Assembly: GCA_964012805.1 (NCBI GenBank)
Contig: CAXGUD010000001.1
Location: 32,001 to 96,000 of the forward strand
DNA length: 64,000 nucleotides
From: an uncultured Bacteriovoracaceae bacterium
Lineage (GTDB): Bacteria; Bdellovibrionota; Bacteriovoracia; Bacteriovoracales; Bacteriovoracaceae
Reading direction: 5' to 3'
Position numbers and translations under genes: made by a program. How positions within the stretch are numbered: position 1 is the first letter of the stretch; each line of letters starts with the position of its first letter. Below the pieces are notes generated by a model. The model was given only the letters and a program-made list of their open reading frames with translations. It had not been told where the DNA came from and made no database searches. Of this stretch, positions 19,406 through 29,937 are shown in pieces.

Positions 19406-19445
19406 ATTAAATTAAATTAAATTAAATTAAATTAAATTAAATTAA
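19406..19445. repeat. Simple sequence repeat (ATTAA)x8
   Basis: Eight perfect pentamer units read directly. Confidence 0.95.
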
Positions 19446-19457
19446 ATGAATTTAAGA

Positions 19458-20657
19458 CTAGCAACTAACTTTAAAAAAGGTTATTTCATTTGGAACACCT
19501 AGCCTATTCGGAGGCCCCCAATATCCAGTTCCTGGGTTCACATAGACATTCATTCCTTTGTGCTCATAGAGGCCTTTAGGGTAACGATAAATGATATTCA
19601 CAACAATATTCCAGGGAAAAAACTGTCCACCATGAGTATGCCCAGACATTTGTAAATCATACCCAAGGCGAGAAGCTTCCTCATAAAGCTCTGGCCTATG
19701 ATTTAAAAATATCTTGTAGTCAAATTGCTCTCCCGATACTCTAGAAGATATCTGCGCTAATTCCGCTCTAGAACGGCCAAAATGTCGGGCTGCACGGTCT
19801 TGTATACCCGTCAAAAGAATTCTTTTTCCATTCACCTCAAGGACTTTATTTTTATTATCAAGATCTTCAAAACCTAAAGTTTGAAATGCCCTACTCCATC
19901 TTTCTGCTCCCCAATAATACTCATGATTTCCAGAGACGAAGAATTTACCCAAAGGAGCATCGATCTTTTTTAGATTTCCAAGAATCCTCATCATATTGGT
20001 GTCTGGTATCGCATCAATCATATCGCCTGTTAGAAAGAGTAAATCTGGTTTTAATTTTTTTATTTCATCTGACAGTTTTTCAAGCATGGAGTCTCTAATT
20101 GTAGGACCTGCATGAAGATCTGAGATTTGAACAAAGGTAAAATCTTTTGCTTCCTTTTTTTCATTGTCAATCTTTTTGGATTTTAAAATAACCCTTTTTA
20201 TGGGGGGAACTTGAGTGGCCTTTACTGTTCCAGTCGATGCGCCCAAAAGTGCAGTGCCAAAAATACTACGTGCTCCAATCTTTTTAATAAACTCTCTTCT
20301 TTCCATTCCAGCGTCATCTTTTTCAGAGTCCTTTTTCTCATTTCTTTTATTCCGTTTAAAGATATTCCACGAAAATGTACCAAGATCGTAAAAAAGGGAA
20401 AAAACAATAATATAGCTTAAAAAAGACATGCAGCTATAACCTAAAAAGATCCAAAAGTGTCCAAAGCTTTTTTCAGCTTGTATTATTCCGAATCTATAGA
20501 GAGTTAAGGGAACGGATTGTACCAGGAGAAAAATAAGGATGAAAACTTGACTCATTTTTTTTGTTTGAAACACGTAACGAGATTTTTTGTAGAGGAAATA
20601 GTAAACTCCGACATTCAAAAGAGTAAAAATTACATAAAACATTAAAACTCTTAACAT
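19458..20657 (-). CDS. Membrane-anchored metallophosphoesterase (YkuE/YaeI-like)
   Basis: SDLH, TGDMID, SGNHE, LNHRP, SGHTHGGQ; internal twin-Arg MERREFIK. Confidence 0.92.
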   Translation of the reverse strand: MLRVLMFYVIFTLLNVGVYYFLYKKSRYVFQTKKMSQVFILIFLLVQSVPLTLYRFGIIQAEKSFGHFWIFLGYSCMSFLSYIIVFSLFYDLGTFSWNIFKRNKRNEKKDSEKDDAGMERREFIKKIGARSIFGTALLGASTGTVKATQVPPIKRVILKSKKIDNEKKEAKDFTFVQISDLHAGPTIRDSMLEKLSDEIKKLKPDLLFLTGDMIDAIPDTNMMRILGNLKKIDAPLGKFFVSGNHEYYWGAERWSRAFQTLGFEDLDNKNKVLEVNGKRILLTGIQDRAARHFGRSRAELAQISSRVSGEQFDYKIFLNHRPELYEEASRLGYDLQMSGHTHGGQFFPWNIVVNIIYRYPKGLYEHKGMNVYVNPGTGYWGPPNRLGVPNEITFFKVSC

Positions 20658-20763
20658 AGGTTATGGCCTTTTTAGATTTTCAGGTTTCTTCTTAAAAAAC
20701 ACTGTTTTCAAACAGATATTATAATTTCTCTTCAATCATCTCCGCAATTAAGAGTTATTAAAT

Positions 20764-22419
20764 TTAGGAGTAGGCCTGCCCATGAATTTTTAACTGCTCA
20801 AGAGGTATAGTAATTTCTTTTTCATTACATAACTCAATAAAAATTTTATGAATTAGCCTCTCTAAAGTAAATCTATAAGGGGCCATCACCCCTTCTGCAT
20901 CGACTCTTATCCATAATTCAAAAGCATGCTCTCCCTGTGCTTTAAATTCCACCATAAGTTTTTTAATATTCCCTTTGAAAATGTCACTTGAATTTATTCC
21001 CTCATCAAAACCTTGTTTGAAAAAAGGCAAAAGTTCTAAAACTCTCTTTTGCAATTGATAATCCAATCTTAAGGTAACTTCTATAAAGTATCCATACGAT
21101 AAATTTTCTGGAAAGAGAGATAAAAACTGAGGTGTTTGGTAATAAATTTGGCTTCCACCCAACGTTTTAAGTAAAATCTGATCAGGCGTTTGAAGGATAA
21201 CTTCACCAAATGAGCCATCTTTTAAAGAAATCCAATTTCCTTTTTCTGTTGGAAACATGGACTCATTTTCTGCCATTGGTCTGGATTGATGGTTCATCAT
21301 ATCCTTGGCCCTTACCAGAATGCGGCCTCCTTCCAAAGAGTCATTTGTTAAAGAACAAAGAAAATTTAAGGAATCTACTTTCCAAGGAACGCCCTTGTAA
21401 TAAACCCTTTCTCCTTCCCTTACCGTTCCAAGATTTAAGATTAACCTCGCCTCGTCTAACAATTCTGGAGCCACTTGTTTAAGAGACCAAAGGATTCCAA
21501 AAATAAAAATACAAGCGATTGTAACCAAAAGCCAATCATTTAAAAAATAAAGGCAGAGTATTGAAGCGAATAAAGAAACTGTAAAAGCTATGCCTCCATA
21601 TAGGGCCATAAAGGTTTTTTTAAGGAATAAGAACCTGTCTGATAAATCAAATAGTTCAAATAACCTATTTCTACAAATCATGAAGGAATAAAAGAAAATA
21701 AAAAGGACGGAGATCGATAAAAAAAGGTTTTTCCCTTTTGTCCCAATAAATTCAGTCAGAACATTGCCAGCTTCATTTATAAACGATGATTTTTTACCAT
21801 CTATTTTACGAAGAGACCTTTCTGCAAGAGTCAGATCAAATTCCAAATTTCTTTTCTCGGTGAAAAGCATTTCCTTAGATAGGTTTAAAGAATTTTTAAG
21901 GTCACCATATTTATCTTTCTTAATTAGCTCCTCAATTTTGATAATAGCATTTTCTCTTATGAGTATCGCTTTTTTGTACAACTCTATTTGACTCTTATAG
22001 AGTTCTATTTTTCGAGGTCTTTCACTGATTCTTCTTAACCCCTCCAAAAGAGGCATTAAAATTTCTTTTATCTGCTTACTTAAGTCTTTCTTAGATTCAA
22101 GGTTAGGTTTCTCTCCACGTTCTATAAATACGCCTGTTGCAACTTCAATAAATTGATATTCCTCTATAGATATTTTTCTTTTAAGAACATCAACCTCTTG
22201 CTTTAAAACTTTTTCCTCCTCATTACTTAGAGCTTGGCCTTTTAATTTTTCCTTTTTTTCTTTTAAAACTTTCTTGAGCCAAATTTTGTTTAAGTCTATT
22301 TTTTGAAGGGACTCAAACTGGCGTTCTGAATTTGAAGTGAGATTTTTTGAATAGAGTGGATCTAGAACAAAAATGCTCAGAAAAATCGTAAATAAGACCT
22401 TGTAGATAACTATCTTCAT
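20764..22419 (-). CDS. MscS-like mechanosensitive channel with a periplasmic coiled-coil N-terminus
   Basis: Signal peptide, coiled coil, TM helices, VREGERV..GVPWKV beta domain, C-terminal EITIP.EQ. Confidence 0.65.
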   Translation of the reverse strand: MKIVIYKVLFTIFLSIFVLDPLYSKNLTSNSERQFESLQKIDLNKIWLKKVLKEKKEKLKGQALSNEEEKVLKQEVDVLKRKISIEEYQFIEVATGVFIERGEKPNLESKKDLSKQIKEILMPLLEGLRRISERPRKIELYKSQIELYKKAILIRENAIIKIEELIKKDKYGDLKNSLNLSKEMLFTEKRNLEFDLTLAERSLRKIDGKKSSFINEAGNVLTEFIGTKGKNLFLSISVLFIFFYSFMICRNRLFELFDLSDRFLFLKKTFMALYGGIAFTVSLFASILCLYFLNDWLLVTIACIFIFGILWSLKQVAPELLDEARLILNLGTVREGERVYYKGVPWKVDSLNFLCSLTNDSLEGGRILVRAKDMMNHQSRPMAENESMFPTEKGNWISLKDGSFGEVILQTPDQILLKTLGGSQIYYQTPQFLSLFPENLSYGYFIEVTLRLDYQLQKRVLELLPFFKQGFDEGINSSDIFKGNIKKLMVEFKAQGEHAFELWIRVDAEGVMAPYRFTLERLIHKIFIELCNEKEITIPLEQLKIHGQAYS

Positions 22420-22545
22420 GACCCTATTTTTCGGTTTTTTTACATTGAGCTTAAGAATAGTACATTAAAGTCAATAAAAAATGTATGGTCGAAAGAAAAG
22501 GGTCATACATTCTCGTTAAGTCTTAGTCATAAAAGGCACAAAGGA

Positions 22546-25092
22546 CTAATCTTTATCTCTTCTCCATCGATCCCAGACCCTTTTCCGGTCCCATTTTTTG
22601 AGGTGCTTCTTATAAAGAGGTCCCCAATTTTTACCATCATGACTGAGGGATACGGTGACTGTAACCCTTGAATTCCTCAAAAATAGATGCTTTGAAATAA
22701 TACCCTCAAGGCCCTCTCCAGATGCCCCTTTTTCGAAAGATAAAATATTCTTTCCCCTTTCAATTAAGCCTTCATTATTTTTAAAAATGGATTTGAATAG
22801 GTTTTTTCTGGCCCTAAAAGGAGGATTCTTATCTATTTGGATAAAGTAGTATTTAGGTTTTTTATCAGTCTTAAAAGCGATGGCCACCTTCTCTTTACCA
22901 ACACGGCCAACCTTGAAGTTACTTAAAACTGAACCATAATCGATATTTGTTTTATAAGGTTTCTCAAAATTAACTCGGTCCTCAAGGGTATAATCAATCG
23001 GATCCTGATCCGTGAAACCTGGGTCTGTAAAGGTAAAATTGCCAAAGCTTTTTTCATTACTTCCTTTCACAGAAAGCAGATAACGTTCGTTTTTCATACT
23101 CTCTTTAAGGACCCTTATAAACTCAAAGCCGTAACTAAAGGTTTTAAAGAGCTCTCCAAAGAGCTTTGAAAGCTCTTTATTATCTTTTGCGTTACTTAGC
23201 TTCGCCCAATAAGTCTGGAAGCGCTTAGCAGCAAAAAGGTTTCCGCCCTCCCTAACATGAACGCCCATTATAACGGTCGGTCCGTATATAATTGAAGCTG
23301 GTAAAAACTTTAAAGCATACTTGGCTCTGTCTCCTTGAGTTAACCAGCTGCCTTCCTTAACTCTAAAAGCCCCTTCTAAAACCCGCCACATCTCATCTTT
23401 TGGGAAATGGATAAACGTCTTTAGTTGGTTTAAAGTGAAGGCCATTTTGTAATGAAATGATGAGTGACCATAATTTATAGACTTATTACTCCTCATGCAC
23501 AAATTTCTTAAGACGGATTTTTTACCTTCAGGAATTCTACTTAAACGCTTCATCATTTTTTTGGAACAGACTTTTCGAGGCCCATGAACCGGAAACGACG
23601 GGAACTTGTATCTGTCTCCAACAATGTTTTGCATTTTATCAACGTATCGTCTTAATTCAGTCCCTGAGGAACGGTTGTCCCAGATATGACCATTCACCCT
23701 TAAAGTTAGTGGATCTCCTAATGAACTTCCGGCTTTTTGAAAAGTTGTTATAAAAGACTGCCCTTGATCCTCACCAATTCCAAAAATAGAACGGTAACCC
23801 TTGCTATTGGAACTATAGGCCCTAAAAAACTCCGTTTTGCCGTCTGGTAAGGTTAATTCAACTCTACTGACTTTGTTTGTAGAGGAATTATAGCGACTAA
23901 ATATAGGGCCCAAATTTAATGACAAGCGGGAGTGAGAACCAGTCGTTGTAGATTTTTTAGTGAAAGTCTTTTCAACTCCCCTTTCTTGGATCATCAACTC
24001 TTCCGCCCTTTTAAAGTTACCCGTTGAAGCCTTTAAATAGGCTTCCAAAGCATCAGGCTCATTTAAGTTGAATCGGTACCCTACATCAAACTGCTTCATC
24101 CATTCTTTCTTTGCGTTAATTTGAAAGGGAACAACGCGAAGACCGAGTTTATCTAGGAGAAAAACTCCTTGAAAAGGGGTGTAATAATCGCTCATCCCAC
24201 CAACATTTGATGAGATACCTGCGGACTTTAAGCGAGTTACCTTAACCTGAACCTTTTGTTCTTTCTCCTTCATTACAGAAATTCTATAATCTCCGTAGAG
24301 AAAAGTTGTCAAAGAAGCCGCAAGGTTGACCCCACCAACATTTGGTATCTTAGGAGTTTTCCACCCTACATGACCTGAGAGGGCCAGGTGACCAGACAAG
24401 GTGTAGCTATGAATCTCACCTGGAGCCATTTCAAGAACCCTCTTTTTTGTAAAAGGCAATTTGAATGGGTGCGTTAATAGGTTCCATACCTTTGAGTAGC
24501 GCGCTTTGCTTAAGGGATTATCATCGAAAAAGTCCTTTAACTTATTTTTTCTTGCTGAGTCTTCATTTTTTACAAGGCCGGTTTTTTTTCCTTCCCTCAT
24601 TAGCTTTTTGGCATTTTTATTTAACTCAGAAATGCTTTCTATCCTGTTAATCTCACCAGAATTAACCTGACGAAAATGAGCTATCTTGGTATTTAAATTG
24701 AGATTAAGAGATATCCCATAATTACCTCCATTAAATTTGTAAGAGTGAAGAGGAATGCCTAGAGGTAAGTACATTGAATCAACGACCGTATACTTATTAT
24801 CAGGTGTCTTGTTGTTATAAACTCTTCTTTGGGCCCTAAAACTAATTCTTGCTCTTTCGGGATACAACCACTGATTGAAAAAAGTGTTGTCGTCAAGCTG
24901 GTTCCAGATAAAATTGGTGATGTCATTACGAAAACCATCCCACCTATTGTCATCTTCACCGGCAGGAATCGTGTCCCAATCCAGAACCTCTTGTCCCATT
25001 CCGCCCTGTATAGAAAAGGCAATCAGACCAAATAACAACATTTTTTTGATTTTTTTTAAGTAATATGTTCCTCGCATAGAAATCCCTTTCAT
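22546..25092 (-). CDS. Large secreted hypothetical protein, 848 aa
   Basis: Long ORF, signal-like N-terminus, beta-rich central region; no family recognised. Confidence 0.75.
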   Translation of the reverse strand: MKGISMRGTYYLKKIKKMLLFGLIAFSIQGGMGQEVLDWDTIPAGEDDNRWDGFRNDITNFIWNQLDDNTFFNQWLYPERARISFRAQRRVYNNKTPDNKYTVVDSMYLPLGIPLHSYKFNGGNYGISLNLNLNTKIAHFRQVNSGEINRIESISELNKNAKKLMREGKKTGLVKNEDSARKNKLKDFFDDNPLSKARYSKVWNLLTHPFKLPFTKKRVLEMAPGEIHSYTLSGHLALSGHVGWKTPKIPNVGGVNLAASLTTFLYGDYRISVMKEKEQKVQVKVTRLKSAGISSNVGGMSDYYTPFQGVFLLDKLGLRVVPFQINAKKEWMKQFDVGYRFNLNEPDALEAYLKASTGNFKRAEELMIQERGVEKTFTKKSTTTGSHSRLSLNLGPIFSRYNSSTNKVSRVELTLPDGKTEFFRAYSSNSKGYRSIFGIGEDQGQSFITTFQKAGSSLGDPLTLRVNGHIWDNRSSGTELRRYVDKMQNIVGDRYKFPSFPVHGPRKVCSKKMMKRLSRIPEGKKSVLRNLCMRSNKSINYGHSSFHYKMAFTLNQLKTFIHFPKDEMWRVLEGAFRVKEGSWLTQGDRAKYALKFLPASIIYGPTVIMGVHVREGGNLFAAKRFQTYWAKLSNAKDNKELSKLFGELFKTFSYGFEFIRVLKESMKNERYLLSVKGSNEKSFGNFTFTDPGFTDQDPIDYTLEDRVNFEKPYKTNIDYGSVLSNFKVGRVGKEKVAIAFKTDKKPKYYFIQIDKNPPFRARKNLFKSIFKNNEGLIERGKNILSFEKGASGEGLEGIISKHLFLRNSRVTVTVSLSHDGKNWGPLYKKHLKKWDRKRVWDRWRRDKD

Positions 25093-25202
25093 CGCTCCCC
25101 TACCTTTTTGGGCAATAAAAATGCTAGAACAATATACAAGGGATATTATTTATGAGCAATTTATTATTGTAAAACTGACGAGAAAAACACAAATGATCTC
25201 TA

Positions 25203-25622
25203 TTAAGAAGGATAAAGACCACTTTTTACTAGAGTTTCTTTGACTTTTTTCTCTACTGTTTCCACCTCAAAAGGTTTTGCAATATAATTAGAAGCACCTT
25301 CCTTGAAGGCAAGACGAACCTGATCTTCAAAGACTTCACAAGTAATCATGATAAAAGGTAACTCTTGTATACCATCAATCCCAGAGCTTCTAATTTTTTT
25401 TAAAAGATCTAGGCCTGATTCCGGCATATTCCAATCACAAAGAAGAAGGCCATAGGGCTTCCCTACTAAATGGGCCTGCTCTACTTTTTCCCAACCATCA
25501 CCTCCGTTGTGACAAGTATCGATGTTGGATAGACCCATTCTAATTAGTATTTTTTTAACCAAAAGGCATATCGGCGGCATATCATCAATCATCAAAACCC
25601 TGATCTTATCATCAAAAACCAT
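25203..25622 (-). CDS. CheY-like single-domain response regulator
   Basis: MIDD, LCDWNMP, MITC, YIAKPF. Confidence 0.9.
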   Translation of the reverse strand: MVFDDKIRVLMIDDMPPICLLVKKILIRMGLSNIDTCHNGGDGWEKVEQAHLVGKPYGLLLCDWNMPESGLDLLKKIRSSGIDGIQELPFIMITCEVFEDQVRLAFKEGASNYIAKPFEVETVEKKVKETLVKSGLYPS

Positions 25623-25796
25623 TATTTATTCCTAGAAAAGTCAGTTCAAAAATCCAGCCCTATCCAATTATGCCATAAATCAGTCTTTTTTCTCCTAGCC
25701 TTCTAATAACTTCCACTAAAAACTTCTAACTTAAATAATCATTGTTGGATAAATACTTGAATTAAGGATTAATATCTCTTCAAAAATTTCCGATAA

Positions 25797-27800
25797 TTGT
25801 TTGATATTATTGGTCATTACGGGGTCAAATTTAATAAAAAAATGAAACAGTTTTTTAACTCAAAGCTTTTTTATTCTTTTTTTGCCTTAGCATTTCTTTT
25901 AACTTTGGCTTCGAAGCTTTACTCTTCAAGTTATGGAGGTCATTCATTCTCATCAATCAATTACTTAGAAGATCAAACCAGCTCTCTTGACGTTACAGAA
26001 GTTGTTAATAAAATAAACAGAGATCCATCCATTTTTAAAGCAACAAAAAACAAAAATAATTTTGGTTATTCAAAGTCAACCTTTTGGTTGAAAGCAACAT
26101 TGCACCCTAACTTAAAATCCAAAGACTCGCTTTTTCTTTCAGTTAACCCCCCTTTGCTTGATACAATAGAACTTTATTCGCTTGATGATAATCTCCAGAT
26201 CATTAAAAAAGTTATAACAGGAGACCTCCATCCTTTTAATCAAAGGGAAATCCCTTACCGAAGGTTTCTTTTCAAAATAACTCCGAAGAATACCAAATCC
26301 TTACTTATTAAATTAAAGTCGACAAGTTACATACCTATAAACCTCACCATTTTGGACCAAAAGGAGTTTATCAATAATGAAATCAGAGAGTCACTCCTCT
26401 TTGGTATTTTTATAGGTGTTTCTCTCCTTCTGATACTTATCCACCTCTCTATTTTCTTCTTTAGAAAGGAAATGGACTCTTTATATTATTCTGTTTTTAT
26501 TTTATGCTTTAATTTAATTACACTATCCACATCAGGCTTCGGCTTTCAAGTTTTATACCCAAACCTACCTGAGTTTAACCAGGCAGCGCACGTTTGGTTC
26601 GCTGCCTTAACAAACTTATCAATTGTTCCATTTCAAAATATGTTTTTCAGTGTTGATAGAACAGAAAAGTTTCACAAAATTAGAGAATTTTTCGTTATTT
26701 TGTGGGTTATACCTTTGGCCCTGACCTTTATCCAAAGATACGAAATGATGCGAATTATCAGTCAGATTCTCATTTTAAGCAATTTTACACTTTTCTGCCT
26801 CTTGATAAAAAAGTACTGGAAAATAAAAATAAAGGAATCAAGAATTTCATCTCTCGCATTCGGATGTCTCATAATAGGTGGAGTCTCGCAAATTTTATAT
26901 ATCCATGGAATAGCTCCTCAAAACTTTTTATTCTACAATAGTTATATTCTTGGCGGATTACTTCAAATGATTATTTTTTCTCTTGGACTTGCACTTAAAC
27001 TGAAAGAAGTGCAGGATGCAAGCTTAAAAAACAAATCACGTCTTATTGAGATCAATCAAAAAATTAACCAAGTCTTAAAACTTGAAGTTTCAAAGAAAGC
27101 TGAAGCGCTCGAAAAGAAAAACCAAAGACTTAAAGAATATGACTTTATTGTTGCACACGATTTAAAAAATCCTCTTGGGGCGATCCTTTCCTATACTGAG
27201 ATATTTGATTTGAAAGATACAGAAGACCCGGAAAAAACAAGAAGAATTATAAATAATATAAGAAGCATTGCTTTCAGGGCTATCGACTTGATTGATGGAC
27301 TTTTAAAAGTTGTTACTTCCGGTACTCTTGAGTTAAGAAAGCACTCTATCGAACTCTTAATTAAATGGGCAGCATCGCAGCTTACAACAAAAATAAATGA
27401 AACAAACGCAAAAATAAAACAGGACCTCGCTATTTTAAGTTTTTTTTGCGATGACGTTTCCATGGAACAAATATTTGCTAACATCATAGAAAATTCGATT
27501 AAATATAAAAGTCACGACAAAGAGCCAGAAATAATAATTAAATCATGGGAAGAGAATCAAAGAGTTTATATCTCTTTTAAAGACAATGGGATCGGCATCC
27601 CTGAACATATAAAATCAAATGTCTTTTCCAAGGACTTTAGAGGTGAAGACTTTAAAAACTCTAACATAGATGGGTATGGTTTAGGACTTTACCATGTAAA
27701 AAACCTTGTCAAAGAAAACAAAGGCGAAATTGAAATCACCGATACAAAAGAAAACCATGGGACAACTATAACTCTTTCCTTTTTAAAAGACCCATCATAG
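25797..27800 (+). CDS. Sensor histidine kinase with 7TMR-DISMED2 and 7TM-DISM input domains
   Basis: NFGYSKSTFWLK, TGDLHPFNQR, 7 TM, AHDLKNPL, NSIKY, DNGIGI, GYGLGL; likely start ATG 25842. Confidence 0.92.
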   Translation: MFDIIGHYGVKFNKKMKQFFNSKLFYSFFALAFLLTLASKLYSSSYGGHSFSSINYLEDQTSSLDVTEVVNKINRDPSIFKATKNKNNFGYSKSTFWLKATLHPNLKSKDSLFLSVNPPLLDTIELYSLDDNLQIIKKVITGDLHPFNQREIPYRRFLFKITPKNTKSLLIKLKSTSYIPINLTILDQKEFINNEIRESLLFGIFIGVSLLLILIHLSIFFFRKEMDSLYYSVFILCFNLITLSTSGFGFQVLYPNLPEFNQAAHVWFAALTNLSIVPFQNMFFSVDRTEKFHKIREFFVILWVIPLALTFIQRYEMMRIISQILILSNFTLFCLLIKKYWKIKIKESRISSLAFGCLIIGGVSQILYIHGIAPQNFLFYNSYILGGLLQMIIFSLGLALKLKEVQDASLKNKSRLIEINQKINQVLKLEVSKKAEALEKKNQRLKEYDFIVAHDLKNPLGAILSYTEIFDLKDTEDPEKTRRIINNIRSIAFRAIDLIDGLLKVVTSGTLELRKHSIELLIKWAASQLTTKINETNAKIKQDLAILSFFCDDVSMEQIFANIIENSIKYKSHDKEPEIIIKSWEENQRVYISFKDNGIGIPEHIKSNVFSKDFRGEDFKNSNIDGYGLGLYHVKNLVKENKGEIEITDTKENHGTTITLSFLKDPS

Positions 27801-27847
27801 TAACATTTTTTTCCACTTATTTTTTTGTAAAAAGTTTGATCAGGGAA

Positions 27848-28690
27848 TTATAATTTGAAAATTAAATCCTCGAATTCTTCACCATATTCAGCATTTTCTA
27901 ACAATTCAAAGAACGATTCCTGATCGTAAATTTCAATTGTAATTTTACACGTTATACTGAAATTCTTAAAGCAAATATCCCATGAATCCTCAATAAGCCT
28001 TATACTATCCGTTGTAGAATCAACCATTAAGAAAATACTATCTTGCGCCCTTGTTAACATGGGAAGACTTAAATTAGATAACTTATCATGGCCTTTGGCC
28101 AAAATCATTTTAATCCCACCTGCAGTAAGGTTACAAAACTCCTTCATAAAATCCACAACATCGTCAGGTGAGTTTAAAGGTTCCTCCACTTCTTCCAGTT
28201 TTTCACCTATCAAAAACTTATTGGCAATGTCGTGTGTAAAATAAGCTTGAAAATTAAAACGAAGAGAGGATGATTCTGCCATAACAAAGGTTAACTTTTT
28301 TCCGACATTTTGGTCAGCAGTTGGTTCACCAATAAAAAAGTCTCTATTTTTCAATCCTTTTATTTTGGTATATTTTCCTAAACGATCTAAACTTATTTTT
28401 CTAACACTATCTTTGAAACCTTTTATCATCTGAAGTTTTTTAATTTGCCTCTTCATGGCATCATCAAAGATTGAAAGGAATTCTTTTTTTGAGAAAGTTG
28501 AAATTCTATTTGGTATTTTTTTTAAGATTTCGATGACTTTTAAAGTTAGACCATCACTTATACCCTGATTGTGGGCCTTATCAATAATATGTTCTATTTC
28601 CAAAGCATATGAAGACAGTTCCTCTTCCTTTAGATTATCCATGTAGGAGGTCGCTTCATAAACAAATTTGTTTTTTTTCTTTACAACCAT
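27848..28690 (-). CDS. CheX-like domain protein with an N-terminal extension
   Basis: DFMKEFCNLTAGGIK...LSLP (ExxN motif). Confidence 0.6.
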   Translation of the reverse strand: MVVKKKNKFVYEATSYMDNLKEEELSSYALEIEHIIDKAHNQGISDGLTLKVIEILKKIPNRISTFSKKEFLSIFDDAMKRQIKKLQMIKGFKDSVRKISLDRLGKYTKIKGLKNRDFFIGEPTADQNVGKKLTFVMAESSSLRFNFQAYFTHDIANKFLIGEKLEEVEEPLNSPDDVVDFMKEFCNLTAGGIKMILAKGHDKLSNLSLPMLTRAQDSIFLMVDSTTDSIRLIEDSWDICFKNFSITCKITIEIYDQESFFELLENAEYGEEFEDLIFKL

Positions 28691-28700
28691 TAAGTTTCTT

Positions 28701-29060
28701 TTAGTTTTCTGAACCCAATTTTTCTATTGTTACTCTATAAACAATTCCCTGATCAGAATAAGTTCCTCTATAAATGACCTCTGCCTTGTCTTTTTTTGTT
28801 ATACCAAAAAATAACTCATCTAAGGAAAGGTGTAAATAAGATGCAAGGGCCTTAACGTATTTCATACTTGATGTAGAAGGCTTAATACCATTCATCCAAT
28901 TATGGAGTGTGGTTACTGGTACCTTGCATTCTTTGGCCAGCGAACTTGCACTCATATTTCTTTTTTGAAGTTCTTTAACGATGACCTTGCCGAGAGAGAT
29001 TTCACCCTCATGTGTAAATTCAAAATCCTCTTCAAAGTCCTCTTCAATTTCCTTTTTCAT
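28701..29060 (-). CDS. XRE/Cro-type HTH transcriptional regulator
   Basis: SASSLAKECKVPVTTLHNWMNG...LSLDELFFG; likely start ATG 29060. Confidence 0.85.
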   Translation of the reverse strand: MKKEIEEDFEEDFEFTHEGEISLGKVIVKELQKRNMSASSLAKECKVPVTTLHNWMNGIKPSTSSMKYVKALASYLHLSLDELFFGITKKDKAEVIYRGTYSDQGIVYRVTIEKLGSEN

Positions 29061-29234
29061 TAAAAACCTTTTTTCTTTGAAGAAATTAAACAAGAGTATT
29101 ACGAACACTTAGTCGGTAAGATTTAAATAATAGTTTAGGTGTTTCGTAGAAAATTATAAATAGCGTTTTAGTAAATTAAAAAATTTTAATATACAGAAAA
29201 TTAAAAGCTATTTGAATTTTGACCTCAATAAATT

Positions 29235-29678
29235 TTAAAGGCTTGGAGATTGAGTTAACTTTACTTTAAGGTTTTCTATAGATTTTTCAACTGCCTTAGT
29301 AAGTAAAATTCTGGCCCTTGAAATGGCCGTTCCTAAATCGACCCCCAAAACAAAGAAATCTAACATTTCTAAATTTTCTGGCCAATCAACGGTTGCATGA
29401 AAAACGATTGTTCTGTCTTTACTTATGAATAACTGAACAATAAAATCATCAAATTTGAAATTCCAAAATTTATCTTTAAATAAACCAACCTCGTCTAATG
29501 ACTCCATAAGGTTGAAAAGTGAAGCTTCTTTAAAAACAAACTCGCCTATTATTGAAAAGCCTACAACTTCCTGTCCTTTACCTTTTATCTCATCGACTTC
29601 ATAAAGGCTTTTTATATAAGTACCCTCAAGACCTTCCTTAAAGTTTTTAACAGCTAGCTTTTCCATAAATCGGTTCAA
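29235..29678 (-). CDS. Hypothetical protein
   Basis: 147-aa ORF with GAGG upstream of the TTG. Confidence 0.65.
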   Translation of the reverse strand: MNRFMEKLAVKNFKEGLEGTYIKSLYEVDEIKGKGQEVVGFSIIGEFVFKEASLFNLMESLDEVGLFKDKFWNFKFDDFIVQLFISKDRTIVFHATVDWPENLEMLDFFVLGVDLGTAISRARILLTKAVEKSIENLKVKLTQSPSL

Positions 29679-29937
29679 TTGAGCCTCTCATTTCAAATGT
29701 TTGATGGTCTGGTCCTTTGGCTTTTTCCTAAACCTTATTTTTTCGCCCAAACCAAAAACGAGACTATCTTTTTCTTCCTCTTTGGGCCTTATTAAAAGGA
29801 GCCTTGAGTAATCTTTTTACTCTTAAATAAAGCTTATTTATTTTTTATAGGATAATTTTATCTCTTAATTTAAAGATTATTTATTTATAGTGCCAAGACG
29901 CCAATAGTTTTAACTAAATATAAGTGAAGTGAGAATC

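Noticed and set aside
19406..19445. CRISPR array or replication-origin repeat
   Set aside because: It is a pure pentamer SSR with no spacers, cas genes or DnaA-box cluster
20200..20310. Internal twin-arginine motif in the metallophosphoesterase
   Set aside because: A common feature of this membrane-anchored family, not unusual
25108..25125. Sigma-54-like GG-N10-GC spacing
   Set aside because: It is on the + strand while both neighbouring genes are on the - strand, and it matches TGGCAC/TTGC poorly
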